Positions 40,175 through 50,837 are shown, numbered from the stretch's first letter. The stretch is DNA of 64,000 nucleotides from Bacteroidota bacterium (GCA_039805345.1 JBDLUL010000014.1:3401-67400), one strand, 5' to 3'. The notes: generated by a model from the letters alone, not told the origin. Program-made: numbers and translations.

Positions 40175-42550
40175 ATGTTAGTAAAGAAATTAGGCTTGTT
40201 CCTTTTTATGTTATTGCCCACGGGCTTAATTGCCCAAAAAGCTACCATTAGTGGTTATGTGAAGGATGCTTCGAATGGGGAAGGATTAATCGGCGCAAGT
40301 ATTTATATCAAGGAGTTGAAGGTAGGTAATGTGACCAATACCTATGGATTTTACAGTTTATCTGTTCAGCCTGGTGATTTTACCTTAGTGTTTTCTTCTT
40401 CGGGCTATGCCAAGCAAGAAAGGAAGGTTACTTTTTCTGGTAAAAATCAGACGCTCAATATTGAAATGCAGCCTGAATCCAATGAATTGGCCGAAGTTCG
40501 AGTAACCGCCAAAGCAGTAGATGAAAACGTGAAGGGAATAGAGATGTCGGTCAATAAAATTGATATCAAGACGATTCGTAAGATTCCGGCTTTATTGGGG
40601 GAAGTTGATTTGGTGCGTGCAATTCAATTGTTACCCGGTGTTTCAACGGTGGGTGAAGGTGCAACAGGTTTCAATGTGCGAGGTGGGGGCGTGGATCAAA
40701 ATTTGGTCTTACTCGATGATGCACCCGTGTATAATTCGTCCCATTTATTTGGTTTCTTTTCCGTATTTAATCCGGACGCCGTTAAAGATGTTAAGTTGTT
40801 TAAAGGGGGAATTCCTTCGCAGTATGGTGGTCGTGTTTCGTCTATCCTAGATGTTAAAATGAAAGAGGGGAATGCGAAGAAATTAGAAGTTAATGGGGGT
40901 ATTGGTGTCATCTTTTCCCGACTTTCGATTGAGGCGCCTCTAATTAAGGATAAAGCGTCTTTCATAGTAGCGGCTCGTCGTTCCTACATTGATATCTTGG
41001 CCAAGCCCTTCTTGACTGGGAATAATGCGGATGCTGCATTTAATTTTTATGATTTGACGGCTAAGGTAAATTACAACATCAATACAAAGAACACCGTATT
41101 TCTATCCGGTTATTTTGGCCGGGATGTATTTGGAACTGGCTTTGGATTTAATTGGGGGAATAGTACGGTTTCTGCGCGATGGAATCACGTGTTTTCGAAT
41201 AAGCTATTTTTGAATGCTACGACGTTCTACAGTAATTATGATTATTTGTTAGATTCCGATTTGAAAAATAAACGCCCTTCAGATGCGTTTCGTTGGACAT
41301 CGAATATTGTTAATTTAAGTTTTAAGCCTGATTTCACGTATTATGTGACACCCGATAATACCTTAACTTTTGGAGCACAAGTTTTATCTTATCAGTTTTC
41401 GCCAGGTAAGGCGACTGCCTCATCAAACGGGGATAAACGTGAATTTGGACAAGCGGATAAGAGTGGAGTCGAGCTTTCAGCCTATGTGGGCGATGAGTGG
41501 AAAATCAGTCCCCGCATTTCCGTTCAGTATGGCATAAGGTATTCGAATTATGACTACAAGAGTGATAATGGGGTGTATTATGAGCGCGTTCCTGTGCCTG
41601 CGAGTATTGAAAATCCAACGGGTTATACCTTGAAAATGATTCAAGTTTCTCCGAATGCATCCGTGGCTAATTATGGGAATTGGGAGCCTCGATTTGCGTT
41701 GAATTTAAAGGTGGGGGAGAATTCATCCTTCAAAGCCTCATACAATCGATTGGCTCAATATGTGCATTTAATGTCGAATACGGCTGCTTCTACTCCTTTG
41801 GATGTTTGGACTTCGTCAACGAATATTATTAAGCCTCAGATTGCGGATCAAGTTGTCTTGGGCTTATTTAAAAATTGGGGAGAGAATGGGAATGATTATG
41901 AAACATCTGTCGAGGTCTACTACAAGGATATGCAAAATCAAATTGATTATGCAGATCGCGCTAATTTGTTTTTGAACCCCTTGTTTGAAAAAGATTTATT
42001 GTTTGGGAAGGGTCGTGCTTACGGTGCCGAGTTTTTCGTGAAAAAGAACGTTGGGAAACTAACGGGTTGGGTAAGTTATACCTTGGCTCGTACGGAACGC
42101 TTGATTGAAGGCTTAAACAACAATGATTGGTATGTGAACCGATATGATCGTACGCATACACTCAATGTGGTTGGTCAATATGCTTTATCAGCTAAATGGT
42201 CCTTTGGTGCCAATTTTGCTTACATAACGGGTGTGCCTTATTCGATTCCTTCACAAAAATATATTTATGAGGGCGTTGCTTATCCACAAACGGCTATAGG
42301 AACTCGTGGCAATATTCGTGTACCTGATTACCACCGACTTGATATTTCAGCCACGAAGAAGAATAAGAAAGCTTTGTTTGGAAAAGGGTCTTCGGAATGG
42401 GTATTCTCTGTTTATAATGTTTATAATCGGAAGAATCCTTTCTCCATCTATACACAAGCAAATGATTCCAATACCTTAAAAACGGAAGCGGTACAATTAT
42501 CCATTATTGGATCTTTTGTTCCTGCTGTAACCTATAATTTTACTTTTTAA
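40175..42550 (+). CDS. TonB-dependent receptor (start set at 40175)
   Basis: N-terminal CarboxypepD_reg-like domain, plug GFNVRGG..DQNL, GGIPSQYGGR, C-terminal YNFTF; TATATTTG at 40149-40156. Confidence 0.92.
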   Translation: MLVKKLGLFLFMLLPTGLIAQKATISGYVKDASNGEGLIGASIYIKELKVGNVTNTYGFYSLSVQPGDFTLVFSSSGYAKQERKVTFSGKNQTLNIEMQPESNELAEVRVTAKAVDENVKGIEMSVNKIDIKTIRKIPALLGEVDLVRAIQLLPGVSTVGEGATGFNVRGGGVDQNLVLLDDAPVYNSSHLFGFFSVFNPDAVKDVKLFKGGIPSQYGGRVSSILDVKMKEGNAKKLEVNGGIGVIFSRLSIEAPLIKDKASFIVAARRSYIDILAKPFLTGNNADAAFNFYDLTAKVNYNINTKNTVFLSGYFGRDVFGTGFGFNWGNSTVSARWNHVFSNKLFLNATTFYSNYDYLLDSDLKNKRPSDAFRWTSNIVNLSFKPDFTYYVTPDNTLTFGAQVLSYQFSPGKATASSNGDKREFGQADKSGVELSAYVGDEWKISPRISVQYGIRYSNYDYKSDNGVYYERVPVPASIENPTGYTLKMIQVSPNASVANYGNWEPRFALNLKVGENSSFKASYNRLAQYVHLMSNTAASTPLDVWTSSTNIIKPQIADQVVLGLFKNWGENGNDYETSVEVYYKDMQNQIDYADRANLFLNPLFEKDLLFGKGRAYGAEFFVKKNVGKLTGWVSYTLARTERLIEGLNNNDWYVNRYDRTHTLNVVGQYALSAKWSFGANFAYITGVPYSIPSQKYIYEGVAYPQTAIGTRGNIRVPDYHRLDISATKKNKKALFGKGSSEWVFSVYNVYNRKNPFSIYTQANDSNTLKTEAVQLSIIGSFVPAVTYNFTF

Positions 42551-42551
42551 G

Positions 42552-43457
42552 ATGCGCTATTTAATCTTATTGTTTTCGGTCTTTTTATTTTCATGTGAAG
42601 ACGTGGTTACTTTGGATAGTCCTAAGTCAGATCATTATTTGGTGGTTGAGTCAACGTTGACAAATCTACCCGGTCCACAGAAAATCACATTAACACAATC
42701 GCAAGATTATTTCGATAATAGTTCAGTTCCGGCTATTCGAAATGCAGAGGTCATCGTTCGTGATGACGCTGCTAATGAATTCCGATTTGTGGAAAGTGCG
42801 GAGGCTCCCGGGGTTTATATCTGGACACCGTCTGCCGCGAACCCACTCTTTGGTCAGGTAGGACGGACTTATCAGTTATCCGTTAAATCAGGTAATGATA
42901 CGTATGTGGCTTCCGCTAAAATGAATCCTGTACCTCCCATTGATTCGATAGCGTATAAAACAGCCACAGCGAATCCACGCCAATCAGGAGATGGAAAGCC
43001 AGAAAAAGGTTTTGAGGCGCGTTGGTTTGGGAATGATTTAAAAGGGGAGGGTAGTTGTTATCGTTTGAAGTTTTACAAAAATGGTATTTTGTTTAATTCC
43101 CCGTCTAATCTTGTTATTTTTTACGATTCTGCGCTTCAGAAAGTTGCTAATACAGATGGATTGATGTTTAATCTGCCTATTCGTGGAGCGATTAATCCCG
43201 AATTGTATGAAGCGAATGATAAGGTAAAGGTTGAATTATATTCCATTACCTTAGATCAATTTAGCTTTTATTCACAAGCGCGTCTAGAATTGAACAATGC
43301 GGGTTTGTTCTCAAGACCTGCGGCGAATATCCCAACGAACATTAAGAATACGAATAGTAGTTCTTCCTTACAGGGAGCTGGTTGGTTTGGCGTATCAGCT
43401 GTTTCTTCATTGGAAACGGTAATTGATCCAGCCAAGGCTAAAAAGGATTTGCCTTAA
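42552..43457 (+). CDS. DUF4249 lipoprotein, partner of the TonB receptor
   Basis: LFSCEDV lipobox, PVPPIDSI, PTNI, GWFG; 1 nt after the receptor stop. Confidence 0.85.
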   Translation: MRYLILLFSVFLFSCEDVVTLDSPKSDHYLVVESTLTNLPGPQKITLTQSQDYFDNSSVPAIRNAEVIVRDDAANEFRFVESAEAPGVYIWTPSAANPLFGQVGRTYQLSVKSGNDTYVASAKMNPVPPIDSIAYKTATANPRQSGDGKPEKGFEARWFGNDLKGEGSCYRLKFYKNGILFNSPSNLVIFYDSALQKVANTDGLMFNLPIRGAINPELYEANDKVKVELYSITLDQFSFYSQARLELNNAGLFSRPAANIPTNIKNTNSSSSLQGAGWFGVSAVSSLETVIDPAKAKKDLP

Positions 43458-43458
43458 T

Positions 43459-44136
43459 TTACTCGAAGTTGATGACAAGCGACACGGTATGGGTCCTGAT
43501 GTCAGTTAATTTAGTATAGGCTCCTCCAACTGAGGGGGGCACATACAAATTCAATAGGCCGTGGGAAAAACGTATCTCGGGAGTGAATTTGAAGAACTGG
43601 AAATATTGTTCTAATCCAAATCCATATTCTAAGGAAAGGTCGGCTGTATTTGCGCTGAGTGCGGTGCTTTTTTTCTTAACATTTGCTTCTACCCCAAGTT
43701 TAAATCCGCCCATGACGTACATGCGGTGGTTCTTTCGGCGTAATGAACGTAATTTCAACAATACAGGAACTTCTAACCAAGTTGATTCTCTCCAGAGCGG
43801 ATTGTTAGCCTCACTTTTAAATTGAATTTCGCGTTCATAAAGGGCTATGTTAATGCCTGATTTCAATTCCCAGTGTTTGTCAAATGCGTAATTGACAAGC
43901 CCACCTATTTGAAATCCAAAATTACGAGGGGACCTTACTGAGTCTATACTTCCAAGGACAGATTCATTGGCTTGCATAAAGTAATTTGATGAAGCAAATC
44001 CGAATAAGAAACCAAAGTGAACCGGTTTTTCATCGTAATATTCATGAAATATGCGGGTGTATTTGGTATGCTGGCCCCATGATTGAAAGGTCAGTAAAAC
44101 CAAACATAAGGCTCCTATATTTCGAATGATGCGCAC
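43459..44136 (-). CDS. porT: T9SS PorT/SprT beta-barrel (start set at GTG 44136)
   Basis: HFGF, FKFTPEIRFSHGL, terminal FE; usual position after menG; a signal peptide follows the GTG. Confidence 0.88.
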   Translation of the reverse strand: MRIIRNIGALCLVLLTFQSWGQHTKYTRIFHEYYDEKPVHFGFLFGFASSNYFMQANESVLGSIDSVRSPRNFGFQIGGLVNYAFDKHWELKSGINIALYEREIQFKSEANNPLWRESTWLEVPVLLKLRSLRRKNHRMYVMGGFKLGVEANVKKKSTALSANTADLSLEYGFGLEQYFQFFKFTPEIRFSHGLLNLYVPPSVGGAYTKLTDIRTHTVSLVINFE

Positions 44137-44138
44137 GA

Positions 44139-44864
44139 TTATTTTACTTTTTGGCCTAAGTAGATGGAACAAATTCCACCTGTCATCGGAATCCATTGTG
44201 TCTTCGAAAATCCACAAGACTCATAAATCTTAATAAAATCAGGTCCATCTGGGAATGCTTGAACAGATTCCGGAAGGTATGTGTAAGCTGCTGGATCCTT
44301 GGAAATTAATTTACCTAATAACGGTAAGCAATACTTAGAATAGAAGTTGTAAAGTTGCTTCATCGGGAAGTGTCTTGGATTTGAAAACTCCAAGATTAGG
44401 CAATAGCCGCCGGGTTTAAGTACCCTAAACATGTCTTTTAAGCCTTTTTCCAATGTTTCATAATTTCGTACACCAAAACTAACGGTGATTGCATCAAAAC
44501 TATTGTCGGAAAACGGAAGTTTTTCAGAGTCCCCCATTTGCAAGGTAATCTTATCTTCCAATCCCATTTTTTTGATTTTCTCCTTACCGAAGGCGAGCAT
44601 GCCTTCTGAGATATCAACACCTACAATTTTTTCGGGATTGATTTTGAGTGCTTCAATAGCGAAATCACCTGTTCCTGTGGCGATATCCAACACTTTCTTG
44701 ATGCCCTTGTTCTTGAGTAATTTGATCGCTTTTCTCCTCCAGATAATATCGATTCCTCCACTTAATAAATGGTTTAGGAAGTCGTATTTATGTGAAATAG
44801 AATTGAACATGTCTGCGACTTGTTCTTTTTTGCCTTTGTTTTGATTTTTGTAGGGTACGACCAT
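44139..44864 (-). CDS. menG: Demethylmenaquinone methyltransferase MenG/UbiE
   Basis: YDFLNHLLS, LDIATGTGD, VSFGVRN, AYTYLPES. Confidence 0.95.
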   Translation of the reverse strand: MVVPYKNQNKGKKEQVADMFNSISHKYDFLNHLLSGGIDIIWRRKAIKLLKNKGIKKVLDIATGTGDFAIEALKINPEKIVGVDISEGMLAFGKEKIKKMGLEDKITLQMGDSEKLPFSDNSFDAITVSFGVRNYETLEKGLKDMFRVLKPGGYCLILEFSNPRHFPMKQLYNFYSKYCLPLLGKLISKDPAAYTYLPESVQAFPDGPDFIKIYESCGFSKTQWIPMTGGICSIYLGQKVK

Positions 44865-44940
44865 AGCATTGATTGATTTGCCTAGTCCTAACGTTGATGA
44901 TTGGCAAATTGTTTACACAAAAATACCAATTTTATTTGGT

Positions 44941-45867
44941 TTAATGGGGCGCCATGCTGAAAATCCCTACTAAGCACCACATGATGACAAAGCTGATGAG
45001 CATCGAGAAATTTACGATGGCTGCAGCAATTCCCGTGTCAAAATTCAATTCGTCTGAATATGTGATGAGTGTCATACCTGCGGGAAGTATCAAACAGATC
45101 AGAAGCATGTTCCGGTATTGAAATTCAAAGGGAGTCGTATAGTAGAGCAATAATCCGATGCTGAGGCCTAAGATATATCGAAGACCTAAAACTTGAAATA
45201 CCTTGGCAAATGCCACTTTAGGCAAACGAACGCTGAAGTAAATGCCCATCAGCAACAGGACCATGGGTTTATTTCCTTTTGCGATGGTATCGATAATGTC
45301 AGCCGCTAATGGGAATACGGGTATTTGGAGAATGTTGAAGGCTAATCCGATCAACATGGCTTGGAATGGAGGTAAGGTAAATATCTTTTTTAATACATGC
45401 TTAACAGGATTTTTTGTCCCGTGATTCCCCGCTAAATAGGTCCCCATGCCATAATTCACCATGAAGTTGATCACCGAATTCCCTAGGTCAAACATGATGG
45501 CATAAGTAAGTCCTTGCCACCCCCATATTCCCTCGATCAAGGGGTAGGCAAACAAACCTAAGTTCCAACCTGCGGACCCCATGGTTAATATGCCACGGTG
45601 TGTTGGGCCCTCTTTTTTAAATACAAGAAAGCCTACAAAGGAAGAAAGGAAGCCAAATAACATGGCAATTAAAGGTAACCAACCCAATGCTGCAGTGAGT
45701 TCAACCTTTAGCATCGTCGTGAATACCAGTGCCGGGAACGTGGTATGCATCAAAAATTTCGAGATGGATTTTGCATCCTTCATCTCGATGAATTGTAGGC
45801 TTTTTAATAAATAGCCAATTCCAATAATGATTAATGCGGATCCGAAGACCAGGTTGGTCGTGTTCAT
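44941..45867 (-). CDS. AEC family transporter
   Basis: About 10 TM segments, PALVF, NLGLFAYP, FDLGN. Confidence 0.85.
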   Translation of the reverse strand: MNTTNLVFGSALIIIGIGYLLKSLQFIEMKDAKSISKFLMHTTFPALVFTTMLKVELTAALGWLPLIAMLFGFLSSFVGFLVFKKEGPTHRGILTMGSAGWNLGLFAYPLIEGIWGWQGLTYAIMFDLGNSVINFMVNYGMGTYLAGNHGTKNPVKHVLKKIFTLPPFQAMLIGLAFNILQIPVFPLAADIIDTIAKGNKPMVLLLMGIYFSVRLPKVAFAKVFQVLGLRYILGLSIGLLLYYTTPFEFQYRNMLLICLILPAGMTLITYSDELNFDTGIAAAIVNFSMLISFVIMWCLVGIFSMAPH

Positions 45868-47111
45868 ACGTCCTTATTCAATGGTTTAGGGAGTGAAATC
45901 CGGAATGTACTCCCTTTATTGATCTCGGTCGACTTCAAGGTCAATTTTCCTTCGTGGTAGTTTTCAACAATCCGTTTGGCCAAAGTTAGCCCGAGGCCCC
46001 AGCCTCGTTTTTTCGTGCTATATCCTGGGTTGAATATTTTAGACATGTTAGCAGGTATAATACCTTTACCTGTATCCGAGATATCAATGAAAATTTGGTT
46101 GTTTTTACCTTCATGCAGGTAGATTAATACATCGCCTGTGCCGCTCATGGCATCGACAGCGTTCTTGCAAATGTTTTCAATGACCCATTCAAATAGATAT
46201 TTATTGACATTGGCCAACTGCCCGGGTACCAAAGAAGATTTAATCTCAATGTATACTTTTGTTGAAATCCGAATTTTGAGGTAGTTGATGAAACTTGAAA
46301 TAAGTTCCTCCAAATCTTCTTCTTTGAGGATAGGCGTTGAACCAATATTCGAGAAGCGGGTCGTTATCGTCTCAAGCCGTTGGATATCTTTCCCAAGTTC
46401 AACAACGATATCGGGATTGATGCTTGGTTCATTGCGCAAGATTTCGACCCAAGCAGTCAAAGATGAGAGTGGTGTTCCCAACTGATGTGCGGTTTCTTTG
46501 GCTAATCCTACCCATACGCGATTCTGTTCAGCTCGTCTTGAATAGGAGAAGAATATATAGCCTAAGAAGCCAATGATTAAAACCACGAGTAATTGTGAAA
46601 GCGGATAATAGCGTAATAGTTTTAGGAGTTTAGAGTTCCCGTAATAGATGTATTCCTTTTGAAATCCCATGTCCATTTCGATGGGCTTGTTGTTTTCCGC
46701 AATAATTTCCTGGAGTTTAGCTTGTAGCAAAACTTGTTTCTGCTCGATATCAATGGATTCGGGTATCGCGATGTTGATTGAATTCAGGTGGCCGCTACCA
46801 TCCTTCCAAATCACCGGAATCGTATTGTTCTCATTAATTTTCTTGATACGCTCAAAGAAAAAATTGATGTCGGCATTCTCATCACTCGTCATTACATAGC
46901 GAATGGTTTCTGCATATAATTCGATTTGCTGCTTTTCGCGCTCCTCTAATTTATTCACCAATCCATCCGTGAAATACAATGAAAAGCCCGCCATAAATAC
47001 GCAAACGGCGAAGAAGGCAACTTTCAACCAAGTGTCTCGGTTGTAGAATGCAAGCGGTAAGGCTACTTCTTTGGATAAGATTTTCATAGGGACATAAGCT
47101 TGGTAAGCCAT
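45864..47111 (-). CDS. Sensor histidine kinase (start uncertain, 47111 or 47087)
   Basis: Two TM segments, ETAHQLGTPLSSL H-box, KNAVDAM, DTGKG, GWGLGL. Confidence 0.93.
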   Translation of the reverse strand: MAYQAYVPMKILSKEVALPLAFYNRDTWLKVAFFAVCVFMAGFSLYFTDGLVNKLEEREKQQIELYAETIRYVMTSDENADINFFFERIKKINENNTIPVIWKDGSGHLNSINIAIPESIDIEQKQVLLQAKLQEIIAENNKPIEMDMGFQKEYIYYGNSKLLKLLRYYPLSQLLVVLIIGFLGYIFFSYSRRAEQNRVWVGLAKETAHQLGTPLSSLTAWVEILRNEPSINPDIVVELGKDIQRLETITTRFSNIGSTPILKEEDLEELISSFINYLKIRISTKVYIEIKSSLVPGQLANVNKYLFEWVIENICKNAVDAMSGTGDVLIYLHEGKNNQIFIDISDTGKGIIPANMSKIFNPGYSTKKRGWGLGLTLAKRIVENYHEGKLTLKSTEINKGSTFRISLPKPLNKDV

Positions 47112-47160
47112 TCCTCACAAATTACTCACCGTTTATCCATAAATCAAAAATATTTTTTCT

Positions 47161-47198
47161 AAGGTACTTTGTATTGCATAGTACCTTTTATACATTTG
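47161..47198 (+). promoter_or_regulatory. padR promoter with palindromic operator
   Basis: AAGGTACT-N11-AGTACCTT (47161-47187) covers TTTG (47168-47171); 19-nt spacer; TACATTTG (47191-47198). Confidence 0.75.
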
Positions 47199-47225
47199 CC
47201 CTATCAAATAAACAAACACAAACCG

Positions 47226-47567
47226 ATGGATATCGAAAATGCCAAGGTGCAGATGCGGAAAGGGATTTTAGAATTCTGTATTCTGCAGATCATTTCAAGG
47301 GGTGAGGTTTACGCTTCTACCATGCTGACAGAATTAACATCAGCAAAAATCATGGTTGTAGAAGGGACATTATACCCTTTGTTGACCCGCTTAAAAAATG
47401 CCGGATTTCTGGATTATAAATGGGTCGAGTCGGCATCAGGTCCGCCAAGAAAATATTATGTATTGACCGAAAAAGGGGGAACCTTTTTAGCGGAATTACA
47501 TGGAACCTGGGATGATTTACAAGGCTCAGTTTCCCAAATCATTCATCCCCAAACACCCCAAGCATAA
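47226..47567 (+). CDS. PadR family regulator (start set at MDIEN)
   Basis: QMRKGILEFCIL, EGTLYPLLTRL, SGPPRKYY. Confidence 0.95.
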   Translation: MDIENAKVQMRKGILEFCILQIISRGEVYASTMLTELTSAKIMVVEGTLYPLLTRLKNAGFLDYKWVESASGPPRKYYVLTEKGGTFLAELHGTWDDLQGSVSQIIHPQTPQA

Positions 47568-47577
47568 CTATACGTAT

Positions 47578-50037
47578 ATGAAAAAGACCTTATCAATTAA
47601 TATCGCGGGCATTGTTTTCCATATCGAGGAAGACGCTTTTGCTACCTTGGATGCCTATTTAAAATCCATCCATGCTTACTTTCAAAGCTTTGAGGGTTCG
47701 AAAGAAATCATTGAAGACATCGAGGCACGTATCGCAGAGAAATTTTGGAATATCCGAGAAACCGAGAAGACTGAAGCCATTACGCAAGTTCATGTGGATG
47801 AGTTAATCGCCTCTTTGGGGACCGTAGCTGATTTTCAGGAAATTGAAACGGAAGAGGGGAAATCAGAACAACGCAAATCTGAGCCGAAACAAGAATCTGG
47901 AGCTAAGAAGGTATTTCGTCGGGATTTGACCAATAAAAAATTAGGTGGTGTCGCGTCTGGTGCGGCAAATTATTTTGAGATTGATCCTATCTGGGTTCGA
48001 CTGATACTCATTGTTGGCTTCTTTGGGCTTTTCCCTTTGTTACATGCCGCTAATCTTGTTTTCTGGGTGTATGTAGCTTGTTGGATTGCCATCCCTGGGG
48101 AAGTCACTGTTGAAACAGATAAATCCTACCGTAAGTTTTACCGGGATCCGGAAAATAAAGTAGTTGGTGGCGTCATGGCTGGAATCTCCGCCTATACCGG
48201 CTGGGATGTCGGTTTATTACGTGTTTTAGCTGTGATTTCCTTGTTCTTTTTCGGTACGGGAGCTGCTGCTTACATCATTATTATGGCGATTACTCCCGAA
48301 GCGAAATCGGTGACTGACAAAATGGAAATGACGGGAGAGCCCATCACCCTTGAGAATATTGAGAAGAATATCAAGGAGACGTTTCAACCAGATTCTTCGG
48401 AAGAAAAGCCTTTGACGCGATTGTTGCTTTTTCCTTTTCGTGCCTTGGCAACGATATTTACGGCGCTTAAACCGGTATTGATGGGGCTTAAATGGTTTGT
48501 ACAGTACCTTTTTGGAATTGTTTTAATCATCATCGCCATCGCATTTGCCGCTACATTGGTACTTGCAACAACTGCTGGATTTTCCGGATTTGATCATGGA
48601 ATCATTGGTCTTAATTTTGGAGCTACTGGTATTCCTTTTTATCTGTTAGCGCAAGATTTACCTGCTTGGGCAATTTGGGCGGCTTACGCTGCCATTATCC
48701 CGATGGTCGTTGGAATTGGAATTGGCGGATTGTCATTATTGCTGAACCGAAAGTTGACAAGCCCAACCTACAAATACATTTCCACGACGATGGCGATTGT
48801 GGGTTGGATCGGATTGTTTGCCGCATTTAGTTTTGTGGGACGTAATTTCCAACGGACTGCATCTGTCAATCAAATGAAAGAAATTTCGGCTGATTCGTCT
48901 TATGTCTTTGATGTGAATCGTGAATCGAATGAAACCATGTGGGAGAAATTGCTGGGTAACAATATCATCACCGATGAATTGCTGGATGAAGATGAGGAGC
49001 ATGATTTTAATCGGGGAGGATTTTCTCGCGCCCAGATCAGCTTAGAAGGGTATGACGGAAAAACGATCCAAATCATTCAATTCGCAAAGTCAAATGGGCG
49101 CACGCGGGTTGAGGCTGAAAAAAATGCCAAAGCGGTTCAATACCGCTATGCTGTCAAAGGGAACCAATTGGTTTTAGATAGCCATTTTGGCTTGCAAAAT
49201 TTGAAGTTTCGTAATCAACGCATGCGTGTTAAAATCTTAATTCCTTACGGCGTAACGTTTAGCATGACGCGTGAATTTGGTTATTTCATGGAAAACGTAT
49301 TGGATGGAGGCTATTTCAATGAGGATAACGGTGATTTGTTTGTTGGATCGAAATGGGCATTCTCGATGGATAAAGGTTTGATCTGCTTAAATCGAAATCC
49401 AAAGCAATCGGATAACTCGAATGATGATTCTTCCGATAACGATGATGACGAGTCATTTGATGAAGCTCCGGATGCGCCTGTGGCACCTGGTTCGCCAACT
49501 AATTTTTCTTTGTCCAAAACGGTTGAACCTTTTGGTGCCATTGAATTGAAACGTTGTGGATCTGCGGCTATTACGATTGTCAAAGGAAAGGAATTCAAAG
49601 TTTCGTACCAGTCGGCAGAAGCATCTGCCGACTTTGGTCGCCTCACGTCCGTAAAAAATCGAACGTTGACATTAAATGATATTCCCAATAATATGTCGGT
49701 GACGATTGAGACACCATCTTTAAGTAAAGTGGACTTAGGAGGAAATGGGCGGACCGAAATCAAGGGATTTGATGTGCCTGCCTTGGATGTTATTTTGCGG
49801 GATTTTCACAGTTTGACTTTATCGGGTCGCTCGAATGAGCTTGCTGCTGCGGCCTTTGATTCTTCCGAATTATTGGCGCGTAACTGGGAAACGAATATCG
49901 CGCGAATTTCGGTGGGTAATCAGGCTAAAATGGATTTAAATGTTAAAAAAAGCATCAAAGGGAAGAAAGCGGAACGCGCTGATTTGAGTTATCAATCGTA
50001 TCCTAATTTGCAGGTTTCGTTTTTGAAAAATAAATAA
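47578..50037 (+). CDS. PspC-domain membrane protein with C-terminal GIN-like domain (start set at MKKTL)
   Basis: MKKTLSINIAG...EDIEARIAE, two PspC repeats (LGGVASG, VGGVMAG), TM block, beta-solenoid C-terminus. Confidence 0.9.
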   Translation: MKKTLSINIAGIVFHIEEDAFATLDAYLKSIHAYFQSFEGSKEIIEDIEARIAEKFWNIRETEKTEAITQVHVDELIASLGTVADFQEIETEEGKSEQRKSEPKQESGAKKVFRRDLTNKKLGGVASGAANYFEIDPIWVRLILIVGFFGLFPLLHAANLVFWVYVACWIAIPGEVTVETDKSYRKFYRDPENKVVGGVMAGISAYTGWDVGLLRVLAVISLFFFGTGAAAYIIIMAITPEAKSVTDKMEMTGEPITLENIEKNIKETFQPDSSEEKPLTRLLLFPFRALATIFTALKPVLMGLKWFVQYLFGIVLIIIAIAFAATLVLATTAGFSGFDHGIIGLNFGATGIPFYLLAQDLPAWAIWAAYAAIIPMVVGIGIGGLSLLLNRKLTSPTYKYISTTMAIVGWIGLFAAFSFVGRNFQRTASVNQMKEISADSSYVFDVNRESNETMWEKLLGNNIITDELLDEDEEHDFNRGGFSRAQISLEGYDGKTIQIIQFAKSNGRTRVEAEKNAKAVQYRYAVKGNQLVLDSHFGLQNLKFRNQRMRVKILIPYGVTFSMTREFGYFMENVLDGGYFNEDNGDLFVGSKWAFSMDKGLICLNRNPKQSDNSNDDSSDNDDDESFDEAPDAPVAPGSPTNFSLSKTVEPFGAIELKRCGSAAITIVKGKEFKVSYQSAEASADFGRLTSVKNRTLTLNDIPNNMSVTIETPSLSKVDLGGNGRTEIKGFDVPALDVILRDFHSLTLSGRSNELAAAAFDSSELLARNWETNIARISVGNQAKMDLNVKKSIKGKKAERADLSYQSYPNLQVSFLKNK

Positions 50038-50108
50038 GTAGAACAGCCATGCAACGATGCAGGGCTTTCAAGCATCTTGTTCACATCTTAAATCAATAAA
50101 TCCATTTT

Positions 50109-50837
50109 ATGAAAAATCGCTTACGTATTATTCTCAGCTTCTTGGTATTCAGTATATCATCTCAAGCATTCGCTTTTGCGCCCGATCAAGTAACTAAAAA
50201 AATCCGTGTTGGTAATTTTCAATCACTGGAATTAGGCAGTGCTTTTGAAATTCATATTACGAAAGCTAGCAGTTGCACGATATCAGCTTCAGGTAGTGAA
50301 AAGGATTTAGATGAACTTGACGTAGAATTAGAAGGATCAAAATTGAAGGTCTCTTTGGACGAATCTTATTGGTCGAATTGGAAAAATTGGAAAAATAGTT
50401 CGAATAAAATTATCTTAAACATTACGATGCCACGCTTGCGCGATGCTGAATTTAATGGTGCGACGAAAGTGACGTTGGAGGGTTTTACGGATGAAGAAGA
50501 AATGACTTTGCATTGTTCGGGTGCATCTAAAATAAGTTCTTCCAAATTGGTTGCTGACAAACTTGTTATCGATCTTTCCGGTGCTACTAAGGTTGAAATG
50601 GCTGGCCGGGTTCTTAAATTATCTGTTGGCTTATCAGGTGCTAGCCACGTTATTTTAAACAATTTGGTTGCGCGCGATGTCGATGTTGATGCAAGCGGTG
50701 CAAGCCATGTGGAATTAAATGTTCAAAAGTCTTTACGTGTAGATGCATCAGGTGCTTCCAAAATAACTTATCGTGGTAATCCCTTGAACATCTCAAAGGA
50801 TTTGAGTGGAGCTTCTACGGTTCGCCGCGCGGATTAA
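50109..50837 (+). CDS. GIN/DUF2807 domain protein
   Basis: Signal peptide, repeated SGAS motifs, terminal YRGNP. Confidence 0.9.
   Translation: MKNRLRIILSFLVFSISSQAFAFAPDQVTKKIRVGNFQSLELGSAFEIHITKASSCTISASGSEKDLDELDVELEGSKLKVSLDESYWSNWKNWKNSSNKIILNITMPRLRDAEFNGATKVTLEGFTDEEEMTLHCSGASKISSSKLVADKLVIDLSGATKVEMAGRVLKLSVGLSGASHVILNNLVARDVDVDASGASHVELNVQKSLRVDASGASKITYRGNPLNISKDLSGASTVRRAD

Noticed and set aside
44137-44217. Apparent long porT/menG overlap suggesting recoding
   Set aside because: A GTG at 44136, 2 nt after the menG stop, gives a normal signal peptide.
50450-50830. Repeated GGTGC(A/T)(TC/AG) DNA units
   Set aside because: These encode the SGAS repeats of the GIN beta-solenoid and are not a CRISPR or DNA repeat array.
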